64,000 nucleotides of DNA from a virus. This document shows, piece by piece, positions 27,729 through 37,997 of the stretch. Below the pieces are notes generated by a model. That model did no database searches, was not told the origin of the DNA, and saw only the letters and a list, made by a program, of their open reading frames with translations. Location: IMG/VR virus record IMGVR_UViG_3300033153_010326, positions 32,001 to 96,000 of that record. The stretch is one strand, 5' to 3'. Made by a program: the position numbers and the translations under genes. Every line of letters starts with the position of its first letter. Within the stretch, counting starts at the first letter, position 1.

Positions 27729-28680
27729 AGACCTAGATAAAAAATTATCAGACTTAGAAAAGAATTTTGGATTAGTTAGAGGCTCTTCTAATGATAAACT
27801 ATATGAGACTATTAGAGTAGGAATTTATGCACTGGATTATGTAATTGGAGGAATAAAGGTAGTTGAGGGTGGACACAAAGTTGAGTTTTACGGGAATGAA
27901 TCTAGTGGAAAAACTACGTTTTTATTAAAGACTGTAGCCAAATATCAATCTTTAGGTAAAATTTGTGTTTGGATAGTTTCTGAAAGTTTTGATGAAAATT
28001 GGGCTAAACAAATGGGAGTAGATGTAGATAAACTTTTAAGATTTTTTCCTGATTCAGTAGAACATGCTTGTGATAAAATTCTAGATTTAATACCTGAAGT
28101 AGACCTTATTGCAGTAGATAGTGTAGCTTCTTTAGTACCTGAAGCAGAATTAAAAGGAACATTAAGCGATAAAACTAGAGGAGCACAAGCAAAAGCTTAT
28201 TCAGAATTTACTAGAAAATTATATAAAAAAATTGCTCATGAAACTACAACTCTTATTTTTATTAATCAAATTCGGGAAAAGATGAATGTGATGTGGGGGA
28301 ATCCAGAGGACACCCCTTGCGGTAGAGCATTAAAATTTATGTATGATACTAGAGTGATATTTAAAATTGGTAAACCTATAGATGTAGGACAAGGGAAAGA
28401 TAAGGTTAGAATTGGAACGGAATTAAAAATACATGGATATAAAAATAAAAGAGGGGTTTCTAAACGTACTGCCTACATTAATTTTTTCTTCGAGGATGGA
28501 GAAATAGAAAATGATATAAGTTTACTTCATGCTGGTATTAAATATTCTGTTATAGAATTTACTGGTCAAACTTATAAATTTGGAGATAAGAAAGCTAGGG
28601 GGAAAGATAAATTTATGAAAATCATGACAGACAAGGATTGGAATAAAGTGGAGGAATTAGTATGGAAAAGACTAAAATAA
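27718..28680 (+). CDS. recA: RecA/UvsX-like recombinase
   Basis: ALDYVIGG, EFYGNESSGKTT, VDSVASLVPEAEL, IFINQIREK, TPCGRALKF, KNK. Confidence 0.95.
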   Translation: MANKDLDKKLSDLEKNFGLVRGSSNDKLYETIRVGIYALDYVIGGIKVVEGGHKVEFYGNESSGKTTFLLKTVAKYQSLGKICVWIVSESFDENWAKQMGVDVDKLLRFFPDSVEHACDKILDLIPEVDLIAVDSVASLVPEAELKGTLSDKTRGAQAKAYSEFTRKLYKKIAHETTTLIFINQIREKMNVMWGNPEDTPCGRALKFMYDTRVIFKIGKPIDVGQGKDKVRIGTELKIHGYKNKRGVSKRTAYINFFFEDGEIENDISLLHAGIKYSVIEFTGQTYKFGDKKARGKDKFMKIMTDKDWNKVEELVWKRLK

Positions 28681-28976
28681 AAAAGATTCCTGATAGATGG
28701 TATCATAGAGTCAAAGGATGGAAATATAGTAGGGATTGTAAATGTTATTATAGGTCAGATTTTCAAAGTCCTCCTTTTATGTATTGTTTAGGAAATAGAA
28801 TGATACATGCTGATTATGGTTATGATAGTTATGGAATTTATTGGACAGGTTCTACAAGTGAAGCTTGGCATGGGGGGTATAGAGGTAATGATTTAGGAAA
28901 AGCTATAAGATGGGTAAGAGGAGCTAGACATAAAAAATTAGGTTGTTATTTATGGGGAGATAAATATGAAAAATAA
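28662..28976 (+). CDS. hypothetical protein
   Basis: GGAGG RBS. Confidence 0.55.
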   Translation: MEKTKIKKIPDRWYHRVKGWKYSRDCKCYYRSDFQSPPFMYCLGNRMIHADYGYDSYGIYWTGSTSEAWHGGYRGNDLGKAIRWVRGARHKKLGCYLWGDKYEK

Positions 28977-29274
28977 AACAGTAGAATGTTATTGTTGTCA
29001 TAAAGAATACGAACTTAAAGATATTACAAAAATTTATGCTGGAAAAGATGAATATAGATTTGTATGTAAAGGATGTAATAATTTAAAAGATATACCAATA
29101 GGAATAATAGGAGACAAATAAATGAAAGAATATTATTGGGTTTCTACTTCATTTGCAACATCCATGATAACTATAGAAGAAGGAATTATTATAGATTCAG
29201 CACCAGTATGGAGAGAGTTTATAGAAACTAATTTTAATAAATTTTTAGAATGGTTAGAACAAAAAGGAGAAGTT

Positions 29275-29476
29275 AAATGGAAACAAATAGGATAGAAAGA
29301 ATTATTGAAGGTTTAAAATTAATAAATTCTAAAGCGGAAGTAATATTAAGAAGAGAAGTTATGGAAGCTGATTGTTTAAATTTTTCTGAATTAGCTGATA
29401 AAATGTCAAATCATATTAAAAATATTTGTAATCAATTAATTAAGGAAATTAAAAATGGAAACAAATAGGATAGAAA
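29275..29476 (+). repeat. 24-bp direct repeat flanking a 63-aa ORF
   Basis: AAATGGAAACAAATAGGATAGAAA at 29275-29298 and 29453-29476; both ORFs begin METNRIE. Confidence 0.85.
29277..29468 (+). CDS. hypothetical protein
   Basis: AGGAG RBS. Confidence 0.6.
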   Translation: METNRIERIIEGLKLINSKAEVILRREVMEADCLNFSELADKMSNHIKNICNQLIKEIKNGNK

Positions 29477-29652
29477 AAAGAGCTAAAGAAATTTTAGCAG
29501 AATTTCCTCAAATAAAAGAACAACCTGTTTCTATAAGTGGAAACTTCCATTTAGGAGAGACCATAGAACAACATTTAGAAAGATGTAAACAGAAACCTAA
29601 TCTAGAGAAAGCAAATAAATTTCTTTTAGATATTAGAAAGGAGAATTGGTAA
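29455..29652 (+). pseudogene. probable internally deleted HD-domain-type gene remnant
   Basis: SGNFHLGETIEQHLER resembles the N-terminal helix of HD phosphohydrolases; the HD motif is missing. Confidence 0.35.
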
Positions 29653-29653
29653 C

Positions 29654-29863
29654 ATGAAAATAATATTAGAATATGAAGGCAATGGAGAATTAAGAAGAAG
29701 AGTTCAAATAGATACAGATGCAGAATCAATTCATAATGTTATGAATGAAATTGAAAATGCTTTGATTGCTTATGGATTTCATCCAGATACTGTAAAAGAT
29801 GGGTTTTTAGGAAAAGCGGAACAAATAGAAAATAACAAAGAAGGAGAAAAAAGTGGATTATAA
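29654..29863 (+). CDS. hypothetical protein
   Basis: ORF track, RBS. Confidence 0.6.
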   Translation: MKIILEYEGNGELRRRVQIDTDAESIHNVMNEIENALIAYGFHPDTVKDGFLGKAEQIENNKEGEKSGL

Positions 29864-30305
29864 AAAACTAGAAAAATATTTTAAAGAAGAAGAAACTTTA
29901 GAAGAAGCTTTAGATTATTTAGAGAAGCCTATTAAAAAGGTTACTTATTGGGCTAATCTATTTCAAAAAGGAATTGTTCATGATAATCCTGAAGAAATTA
30001 ATAAAGCTATAATAGAATTAGCTGGAGCATATTCAGATTTAAGAATTGCTTTAGGATTGGCAAATTATTATAAGAAACATAAAGAATTAGAAAGATATAT
30101 GGAAATAAAAACTGAAATAGAGAACGAAGGAGAAAAAAAATTCGTTTCCGCTTCAGCAGAAAAAGAAGCTCAAAAAGATACCATGCCTTATCGTAGAGTT
30201 AGAAATATTATAAGAGCACATAAAGAATCTGCTGATAAAAGTATAACCGCTTTACAAAATGTTAATAATAATTTAGATAAAGAAATGAGAAAGAATCCTG
30301 AATAA
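29853..30305 (+). CDS. helical protein, possible UvsY-like recombination mediator
   Basis: coiled-coil pattern near recA; function inferred from context. Confidence 0.4.
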   Translation: MDYKKLEKYFKEEETLEEALDYLEKPIKKVTYWANLFQKGIVHDNPEEINKAIIELAGAYSDLRIALGLANYYKKHKELERYMEIKTEIENEGEKKFVSASAEKEAQKDTMPYRRVRNIIRAHKESADKSITALQNVNNNLDKEMRKNPE

Positions 30306-30320
30306 TAAGGAGAAAGATTT

Positions 30321-30887
30321 ATGGATAAAAGGCAGAAGGAAATAGTAGAGGATAGGATTAAACTTTTGGGCGAACTCAAACCTTCAATAAAAGAGGACAA
30401 AGATGAAGCAGATGCCCTTAAGAGTTTGCTTGCTGAGGTAGACAGTATCAAAGCAGAACGAGATGAATTAGCATGTGATACAACTGCTGTAATCAAGCTT
30501 CTTGAAGAACAACTCGCCCAAGCTAAGGCAGAGGTGGAGAGGTTGAAGAAGATGGCATACGAAGGAAGTGAGTGGGAAAAACTTAGCTTGGGTTGGAGTA
30601 AGAAATATCATAATTGCCTAGCCGAACTCTTTAAGGCTAAAGAGGCTTTAGAAGTCAAATTCGGTATGTGGTTATGTCCTACTTGCGGAAGAGGCGCCCC
30701 GAGTGGAAGAAATTGTCATAATTGTCTTGAACTAGAGATAGCTCGTATCAAGGGTATAACGGTGGAAGAGTGGATAACAATAGTAGAAACTACTCGTAAA
30801 AGAATATTGGATGGAACAATGGTAGGAGAATTATTTTCAGATGTAATAGCCACAGCCATAGTTGAAAAGATACAAGGAGGTAAATAA
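30321..30887 (+). CDS. coiled-coil/Zn-finger hypothetical protein with atypically high GC
   Basis: CPTC..CHNC; many G/C-ending codons compared with neighbours. Confidence 0.65.
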   Translation: MDKRQKEIVEDRIKLLGELKPSIKEDKDEADALKSLLAEVDSIKAERDELACDTTAVIKLLEEQLAQAKAEVERLKKMAYEGSEWEKLSLGWSKKYHNCLAELFKAKEALEVKFGMWLCPTCGRGAPSGRNCHNCLELEIARIKGITVEEWITIVETTRKRILDGTMVGELFSDVIATAIVEKIQGGK

Positions 30888-31366
30888 TGAAAGATTCTAG
30901 TAATATTTTTAAGGTGTGGGGGACTCGCAATAGAATTCTTTTAACAGATACTTGTGAAATAGATTACCTTAAACTTAAAGCTAATACCTATTGCTCCCAA
31001 CATACACATGAAAATAAAATAAATTTATTTTATGTATTAAAAGGTAAGGTTAGAATTGAGAGTGAATTTGGTAAAGTAGTTTTACAAAAAGGGCAGGGAT
31101 TTGAAGTAAGCCCTCCTTTAAAACATAGATTCGTGGTTTTGGTAGATTCTGAAATGGTAGAAATCGCATTTGTAAATAAAGGAAAAATTGATGCTAATGA
31201 TATTAAAAGAGAAAAACAAGGTGGTAGAATAATTAAAGGTAAATATATAGGTATACCTGAATTAAGAAAACAAGGTTATTTAGAATTAGATAATACAGAT
31301 TCTCAACCTTCTACTGAAGGTAAACCTACAATAATTAAACTTGGAGAACAAAAAGATGTTAATTAA
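30887..31366 (+). CDS. cupin-domain protein (sugar isomerase-like)
   Basis: KVWG...CSQHTHENKINLFYVLKG...HRF...E. Confidence 0.8.
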   Translation: MKDSSNIFKVWGTRNRILLTDTCEIDYLKLKANTYCSQHTHENKINLFYVLKGKVRIESEFGKVVLQKGQGFEVSPPLKHRFVVLVDSEMVEIAFVNKGKIDANDIKREKQGGRIIKGKYIGIPELRKQGYLELDNTDSQPSTEGKPTIIKLGEQKDVN

Positions 31367-31465
31367 ATATTGTAATTGTAAAAAACCAGCTTTAGCAGGG
31401 ATGCTTACTAAGAATAAAGAACAACAATGTGCTAAGTGTGGAAAAATTATTAAAAAGAGGATAAA

Positions 31466-34400
31466 ATGAAACTTATAAATATTGCGAATGAGTTTAGGTC
31501 AATTTATTTATTCTGTAGAGATGATGCAGGAAAATTAAATATAAAAACGATTAATAGTTTCTTTCCTTATTATTACATCCTCGATGATGATGGTTCTTAT
31601 CTAAGTTTTACAGGTGAACCCCTTAGAAAAGTAATTGTATCTGCTCCTCATGAGATAGCTCAAAATAGAACTGATAGTTCTTATGAAGCTGATATTCAAC
31701 TAACTAAAAGATATTTAATAGATAAAATAGATAAATTAGAAAAAACTAAAATTAAATATTCTTTTATTGATATAGAAATTTTAACAGATGAAAAACCCAA
31801 TGTTCAAATAGCGAATAAACCTGTAAGTTGTATTTCCGTATATAATTCCTTTACTGATGAAATTAAAACTTTCTTCTTAAAAGATTATGATAGTGATGAA
31901 AGGGAAATGTTAGAAGATTTTGTAGTGTATATGAAATCGGAAGCATTTGATTTATGGTTAAGTTGGTTTGTAGATTTTGATTATGATTATTTATTTCATA
32001 GATATCATCTTTTAACTGGAGAAGTTTTTCCTGAAGCTATTAGCCCTATAGGAAAATCTAGATATGGGAAAAAAGATGTATATTATCCAGCAGGAATAAG
32101 TATTGTAGATTATCTTGAATGGTTTAAGAAAATAACTATGAATAAAGAATTACAATACACTTTAGATTATATTGCACAAAAACATTTAGGAAAAGGAAAA
32201 GTTCATTCTAAAGTAGATTTTTCTAAACTTACAGATGAAATTAAAGAAAGAAATATAGAAGATGTAACTATAATGAAACAATTAGAAGAAAAGAAACAAC
32301 TTATTCCTTACTTCGATGAAATTAGAAGAATGTCTAAAGTTGAATGGGAAGATTTAAATTTTAATAGTCGAATTTTAGATATGCTTTTATTATCAGAAGC
32401 GAAGAATCAAAAAGTAGTTTTGCCAATGAAACCTGATGAAAGAAGAGGAACTTTAGCTGATAAACCAGATTTTACAGGAGCTTATCGTGATATACTGGAA
32501 AGTGGTGCTTTTTTTGACGTGGGAGCATATGATATTTCCGAAGCGTACCCATCCATGATAATAAATTTCGCTTTAGATATTGCTAACTTAAAATCAGAAA
32601 AAGAAGAAAATACTTTACCTATAACTATAAAAAATATGGATAGAGATGAAAATAAAAATTTACAATATAATAAAGACCATTCTTTAAAAACTATAGTAGG
32701 AAATACTCATTATTATATTCAAGATAATACTAAACTTTTATCAACTGTAACTAAAAAACTATTAACTTTAAAAAGGAAAATTAAAAATCAATTGAAAGAA
32801 TGTAAATTGGATAGTCAAGAATATATTGATACTAAGCAAAGTTATGATGCTATAAAGACAATTGTAAATTCTTGTTTTACACCAGATACAAATATAATTA
32901 CAACAGAAGGTATTAAAAATATTAAAGATATTAAAATAGGAGATAAGGTATATAATGTAAATCCTATAACTTTAAAAGTTGAAGAAGATGAAATAATAGA
33001 TACTCAAAAATTAAATTATAATGGAGATATTTATAATTATAAAAATGATTTAACAAATTTAAAAATTACAAATGACCATAAATTTTTAGTTCAAAATAAA
33101 CGAACTCAAAAAAATAAATTTGAATCAGTTAAAGAATTATATAAACAATCTGGTAAATATTATACTATTCCTTCAATACAACCTAGAATAATAGATTCAT
33201 CAACTATAATTACTCTTTTAAATATTTTACAAAAAAATGATGGTAAAATTTGGATGAGAACAAAAAATATGTATAAAATAAGAAAAACAAAAATTTTCCC
33301 TTTTAAAAAGAAACTTACAAAAAGAAATAATCATCATACTTGGTATATTTGTAATGCTAAAGAAATAACTGAAAAAAAATTATTATCTTTTTATAAAGCT
33401 GATTGGAAAATTTATGGAGAAATAAGACCTAAAACAAAATTATCACCTATAATATTTTCTAAATATCATTTTATTCAATTATTAGGTTGGTTTATATCAG
33501 AAGGAAGTATTTATAAATCTAAAATGAAACAATATGAAAAAACAAAAAGAGATATTAGTACTGTTATAAGTATTAGTCAATATGATAAACAAAATAGAGA
33601 AGAAATAGAAGATTTACTTAAAAATTGCGATTTTGATATTAATTGGAAAAATAATAAAGGATTATCATTTTGTTCAGAAGTTTTATATTACTATTTTAAA
33701 GATAATTGTGGAAATAATTCTTTTAATAAAAAAATTCCAAAATTTATTTTTAAAGAAAGATACAATATTATTTCTTTATTTTGGAATACTTTATATAAAG
33801 GAGATGGTAATAAAAGAGAAAAAAGATACAATACTAACTCTTGGCAATTAACTCAGGATTTATTAAATTTGTTAATTTTAATGGGAAATAATTCAGTTAG
33901 ATATTATAAAGATAAAAATACTTATAGAATTGTATGGAGCAATACAAATAAATCTATAAATAATAAACAAATTAAAACTGAAAAATATAATGGATTTGTT
34001 TATTGTTGTACTACTAAAAAAAATCATAATCTATTTGCTGGTAGGAAGGGAAATTTTAGTTTAACAGGACAATGCTATGGAGTATTTGGAAATCGGTTCT
34101 TTCGTTTATTTTCTGAAGAAATAGCGGAAACTACTACTTTTTTAGTAAGAGATTTTTTAGATTATGTAGTAACTGCTTTATATAAGAAAGGACATAAAGT
34201 TTTATATGTAGATACGGACAGCGTTATGATAGATAATCATAAGGAAGATATTTCAAATCTTTTAAATGACTTAGCAATTAAATGGGCAAAAGAAAAATAC
34301 GACAAAGATAATATTTCTTTAAATTTTGGTTTTGAAGGAGTTTTTGAGAGTATATTATTATGTACCAAATGTAGGTATAAAGGTTATTTAAAAACACCAA

Positions 34401-35056
34401 AAGGAATTGAACCTATTACAAAAGGATTAGAGATTAAAAGAAAAGATAGTACAATTTATATGAAGGAATTTCAAGAAATTTTAATAGATAAAATTATAAA
34501 ACTTCGACAATCAAAAGAATTAATTTTTAAATGGATAAGAAGCGAAATTAATAATTTTAAGAATCAATCCCTACAAGATATTTCTTGTCCTTGTAAATTA
34601 GGAATGAAACCAGAAGAATACAAAAATGTTCCGATTTTTTTAAGAGCTTTAAATAATACTAAAGACTATACTAAAAAAGTTGGTGAAGCTTTTTATTATA
34701 TTTATGTAAAACCTATAGAAGAACCTAAAATTAAGACTATAATTAAGGATAAAGGGAATTTAGGCCGGGATGATATTGTATTGGAAAAAAATATAACTCG
34801 TAAAGAAGGTATCGAATATGCTAAAAAAGAATGGGAAGTTCCTACTTATTTATCAAAAAATATAAGTGTAGTACATAAAAAAGAACAACCTAAGAATGTA
34901 TTAGCATTTGATGAAGATAATTTTAATCATATAGAGAAATCAATGATAGATTGGAAAATGATGTTGGAACGGAATATTTTAAAAAAGTTGGTAACAATAT
35001 TTGAAGCAATGCGATGGGATTTGGAGGGATTTTTAAATGAAGAAAAGACAAAGTAA
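31466..35056 (+). CDS. polB: family B DNA polymerase with one intein
   Basis: ExoI DIE, ExoII FDYDYL, motif A DISEAYPS, motif B KTIVNS|CYG, motif C YVDTDS, KCRY, KGLEIKRKD. Confidence 0.95.
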   Translation: MKLINIANEFRSIYLFCRDDAGKLNIKTINSFFPYYYILDDDGSYLSFTGEPLRKVIVSAPHEIAQNRTDSSYEADIQLTKRYLIDKIDKLEKTKIKYSFIDIEILTDEKPNVQIANKPVSCISVYNSFTDEIKTFFLKDYDSDEREMLEDFVVYMKSEAFDLWLSWFVDFDYDYLFHRYHLLTGEVFPEAISPIGKSRYGKKDVYYPAGISIVDYLEWFKKITMNKELQYTLDYIAQKHLGKGKVHSKVDFSKLTDEIKERNIEDVTIMKQLEEKKQLIPYFDEIRRMSKVEWEDLNFNSRILDMLLLSEAKNQKVVLPMKPDERRGTLADKPDFTGAYRDILESGAFFDVGAYDISEAYPSMIINFALDIANLKSEKEENTLPITIKNMDRDENKNLQYNKDHSLKTIVGNTHYYIQDNTKLLSTVTKKLLTLKRKIKNQLKECKLDSQEYIDTKQSYDAIKTIVNSCFTPDTNIITTEGIKNIKDIKIGDKVYNVNPITLKVEEDEIIDTQKLNYNGDIYNYKNDLTNLKITNDHKFLVQNKRTQKNKFESVKELYKQSGKYYTIPSIQPRIIDSSTIITLLNILQKNDGKIWMRTKNMYKIRKTKIFPFKKKLTKRNNHHTWYICNAKEITEKKLLSFYKADWKIYGEIRPKTKLSPIIFSKYHFIQLLGWFISEGSIYKSKMKQYEKTKRDISTVISISQYDKQNREEIEDLLKNCDFDINWKNNKGLSFCSEVLYYYFKDNCGNNSFNKKIPKFIFKERYNIISLFWNTLYKGDGNKREKRYNTNSWQLTQDLLNLLILMGNNSVRYYKDKNTYRIVWSNTNKSINNKQIKTEKYNGFVYCCTTKKNHNLFAGRKGNFSLTGQCYGVFGNRFFRLFSEEIAETTTFLVRDFLDYVVTALYKKGHKVLYVDTDSVMIDNHKEDISNLLNDLAIKWAKEKYDKDNISLNFGFEGVFESILLCTKCRYKGYLKTPKGIEPITKGLEIKRKDSTIYMKEFQEILIDKIIKLRQSKELIFKWIRSEINNFKNQSLQDISCPCKLGMKPEEYKNVPIFLRALNNTKDYTKKVGEAFYYIYVKPIEEPKIKTIIKDKGNLGRDDIVLEKNITRKEGIEYAKKEWEVPTYLSKNISVVHKKEQPKNVLAFDEDNFNHIEKSMIDWKMMLERNILKKLVTIFEAMRWDLEGFLNEEKTK
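32873..34072 (+). mobile_element. 400-aa intein with LAGLIDADG endonuclease, ending Gly-Gln
   Basis: Starts CFTPDT; block B ITNDHKF; LLGWFISEGS and TLYKGDG; block F VYCCTTKKNHNLFAG; ends LTGQ before C(+1). Confidence 0.92.
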
Positions 35057-35229
35057 ATATTGTAAATGTAAAATTGCTATTCCTAATTATAAAGAAGACA
35101 ATATTATATGTAATAGATGTAATAAAATTATTAATGTTAAAATTAGGAAATTTTGGAAGATGAATCCGTTTACTAAAATAGAAAAGAATAAGAAAAAGTA
35201 TAATAGAAAAAGAAATAAAGGAGAAAGAT

Positions 35230-35667
35230 ATGAATAATTGTTGTAAGAAATGGAAAGAAACCCAAGGTGTTAAATTAAGAGGACAGCATACTATATCACC
35301 TAAACGTATTATTTATTGCCCTGAATGTAGTGAAAGGTTGAAAGAAGTTACAATTAAGTATTGTGAGTGTGGCAATAAAGGTTTAATGGTAGTGAATGGT
35401 CAGATAGTAGAACCCTTATGTTGTGGTTTGTGTTATAAACCTTTCAAACTTACTAAATCTAATACCAAATGGTGTAAGTGTGAAAAGCCTATGATACAAG
35501 AGAAATTTAGTCATTGTATGATTTGTTGGAAATCTATCAAGCCCAAGAAGATAAAAAAGTTAAAAATTTTACCACCACTAAACGGAGATACGACTGAATC
35601 AATATTATTGGGTTATAAAATTAACGAAATTATAGACCATATAAATAAGGAGAAATATGATGGATAA
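35230..35667 (+). CDS. multi-Cys zinc-finger protein
   Basis: several CxC/CxxC pairs. Confidence 0.6.
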   Translation: MNNCCKKWKETQGVKLRGQHTISPKRIIYCPECSERLKEVTIKYCECGNKGLMVVNGQIVEPLCCGLCYKPFKLTKSNTKWCKCEKPMIQEKFSHCMICWKSIKPKKIKKLKILPPLNGDTTESILLGYKINEIIDHINKEKYDG

Positions 35668-35884
35668 TAGAAAATTAGTAAGAATAGAAGTTAGTTTTGT
35701 AAATGGAGCCCTTCATGATACTATATTAAATCCAAAAGACACTATAAATAATGATTATTGTTATGTTATTGAAACTCAAGATAATAAAACTTTACTATAT
35801 CCCTTTACTTCTATTTTAAGAATAACTGAACAATTTGAAACGGTAAAAGATAAACCAGAAGATTTAGAATACGGTAATGCTTAA
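35657..35884 (+). CDS. hypothetical protein
   Basis: AGGAG RBS. Confidence 0.6.
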   Translation: MMDNRKLVRIEVSFVNGALHDTILNPKDTINNDYCYVIETQDNKTLLYPFTSILRITEQFETVKDKPEDLEYGNA

Positions 35885-35913
35885 TAACAATAACAAAACA
35901 AGGAGGTTTTAAA

Positions 35914-36159
35914 ATGATAACAGGTAAAGACGTAAGAAAAGAATTAAGGATAGCCAAAGATACTATAGCTTCTAAAGATTCCACTATGGAACAGAAGCTA
36001 GAAGTAGTTAGGAAATCTGTTGAAGTAGGTGTTAAAGTTATACTTAGTGTTAGAGCAAGTTTAGTAAGAGTGATGGCAAAATTAGGAGTTGATAAGGTAA
36101 AACCTTCTCGCACTAATAATGTAGAAACTGTTGAAACAGAAGATAATGTTGAAGAATAA
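35914..36159 (+). CDS. hypothetical protein
   Basis: AGGAGGT RBS. Confidence 0.7.
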   Translation: MITGKDVRKELRIAKDTIASKDSTMEQKLEVVRKSVEVGVKVILSVRASLVRVMAKLGVDKVKPSRTNNVETVETEDNVEE

Positions 36160-36168
36160 TTAATATTA

Positions 36169-36209
36169 GCTAGGGGGAGGTTCGCCATGTCCCAAGCCTC
36201 CTCCCTAGC
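36169..36209 (+). terminator. GC-rich stem-loop
   Basis: GCTAGGGGGAGG pairs with CCTCCTCCCTAGC. Confidence 0.55.
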
Positions 36210-36226
36210 CTTTGGGAGAAAAAATT

Positions 36227-37087
36227 ATGGTAAAAATAGCGTTTTGCGACCCTCATATTTCAGAAGATTCTCTTTTAGAACTAGAAGAAATATTTAAAGA
36301 AATTTGTAGAACTAAGGGAGACCTTTTAATAATGTTGGGAGATTATTACGAATCTTCTAAACCAACAGCTAAAGAATTAGAGTTTGGTACTAAGTGGGCT
36401 TATTTCTTTAAAAAATTATATAATAAAGTAATATTTATTAAAGGTAATCATGATAAAGATAGAGATGGAAGTGTTATTGACTATTTACAATATTTAGGAA
36501 TAGAAGTTGTAAACCATTATGTTGATGATGAAGGAACTTTTTTTGGGCACTTTATGACTGATAAATCAGAATATGAATATGGTACTGCATTTAAAAAAAC
36601 ATTTGAATTAAAAAAACATAAATTTGTAATGCTTGGACATCAACATTCGTGGCAAAATGTTACTCCTAGAATTCTTCATCCTGGAAGTGTAAGATTTGTA
36701 AATTTTAATGAAAGTAAAGATATTTGTAAATATTATATGATAAAATTTTACCAATCTGAATGGACTAGAAAAAGACTAGGTTCTCCAATTCCTATGAAAG
36801 ATTTTAAAAGTATAGAAGAACTTGCTAAACAAAAGAATAAAAACATTAAGGCTCGTTTAATAATATCATCTTATAAACAATATAAAGAGGAAATAAATAT
36901 TATAGAAGAATATAAAAATAAATTTAAAAGTTTTAAGTTAAAACTAGATATTCAAGATAGAGTAATAAAAACAGAGGATAATATTGTTATAGATAAAAAG
37001 AAAAAATTGGAAGATATTATCAGAGAAGGTATAAGAAAAATAGAAGATAAAGATGTAAGGAAATTGTTAAAGGAGGCATTAAAATGA
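36227..37087 (+). CDS. SbcD/Mre11-like nuclease subunit
   Basis: DPH, LGDYY, GNHD, GHF, GHQH, PGS motifs; SbcC-like partner nearby. Confidence 0.85.
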   Translation: MVKIAFCDPHISEDSLLELEEIFKEICRTKGDLLIMLGDYYESSKPTAKELEFGTKWAYFFKKLYNKVIFIKGNHDKDRDGSVIDYLQYLGIEVVNHYVDDEGTFFGHFMTDKSEYEYGTAFKKTFELKKHKFVMLGHQHSWQNVTPRILHPGSVRFVNFNESKDICKYYMIKFYQSEWTRKRLGSPIPMKDFKSIEELAKQKNKNIKARLIISSYKQYKEEINIIEEYKNKFKSFKLKLDIQDRVIKTEDNIVIDKKKKLEDIIREGIRKIEDKDVRKLLKEALK

Positions 37088-37659
37088 AAACTACTACTTG
37101 TATTGTAGGATATAATGATAAAAAGAATAAAATACTTTATATTGGAGGAGATTCAGCAGGAGTAGCAGGAACAGATATTAGAATTAGAAAAGACGAAAAA
37201 GTATTTAGAAATGGTAACGTGATATTTGGATTTACTTCTTCTTTTCGTATGGGTCAATTGTTAAGATATAAATTAGAAATTCCTAAACAAAATAAAGAAC
37301 AATCCGATTATGAATTTCTGGTAACTGATTTTGTAGATGCAGTAAGAAAATGTTTAAAAAATAATGGTTATATTAAAATAAAAGATAATGAAGAAATAGG
37401 AGGAACTTTTATTATAGGATATAAGAATAATTTATATTGTATAGAAGATGATTTTCAAGTTGAACAATTATATGATAATTTTATGGCAACAGGTTGTGGA
37501 GAAGATTATGCGTTAGGTTGTTTATATGGGATTAAAGATGTAGATATATTTATTAAAAGTAAAATTATAAAAGCATTAGAAAGTGCTTCTTATTTTAGTG
37601 GAGGAGTTTCTGCTCCTTTTAATATAATAGGAATATCTTATAAAGGGGAATCTAAATGA
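37084..37659 (+). CDS. HslV/proteasome-beta-like Ntn peptidase
   Basis: TTCIVG, GGDS, EKVF, GFTSSFRMGQLL, ATGCGEDYALG. Confidence 0.8.
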   Translation: MKTTTCIVGYNDKKNKILYIGGDSAGVAGTDIRIRKDEKVFRNGNVIFGFTSSFRMGQLLRYKLEIPKQNKEQSDYEFLVTDFVDAVRKCLKNNGYIKIKDNEEIGGTFIIGYKNNLYCIEDDFQVEQLYDNFMATGCGEDYALGCLYGIKDVDIFIKSKIIKALESASYFSGGVSAPFNIIGISYKGESK

Positions 37660-37997
37660 GATTTAATGAATATCAAAAACAAGCTCTTCAATTTTTCAAA
37701 AGGAATAAAAATGACAACAATCTTATACTTGCTAGATTAACTTTAGGATTAACAGGGGAAGCTGGAGAAGTAGCTGAAAAGGTTAAGAAGTATTTAAGAG
37801 ATACTAAATTAGATAAGGAATCCAGAGATGAACTTAGAATTAAAGTAAATAAAGAATTAGGAGATGTACTTTGGTATGTAGGAGTGTTAGCAAAGAAATT
37901 AGATTTAACATTAAGTAGTGTTGCTAGGGATAATATTACTAAACTTACTTCAAGACAACAACGAGGAAAATTAAAAGGAAAGGGAGATAATAGGTAA
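37656..37997 (+). CDS. mazG: MazG-like nucleotide pyrophosphohydrolase
   Basis: LGLTGEAGEVAEKVKK...KELGDVLWY...NITKL..R. Confidence 0.9.
   Translation: MRFNEYQKQALQFFKRNKNDNNLILARLTLGLTGEAGEVAEKVKKYLRDTKLDKESRDELRIKVNKELGDVLWYVGVLAKKLDLTLSSVARDNITKLTSRQQRGKLKGKGDNR

Noticed and set aside
33633-33851. 72-aa ORF inside the intein
   Set aside because: Out-of-frame overlap with the intact intein endonuclease
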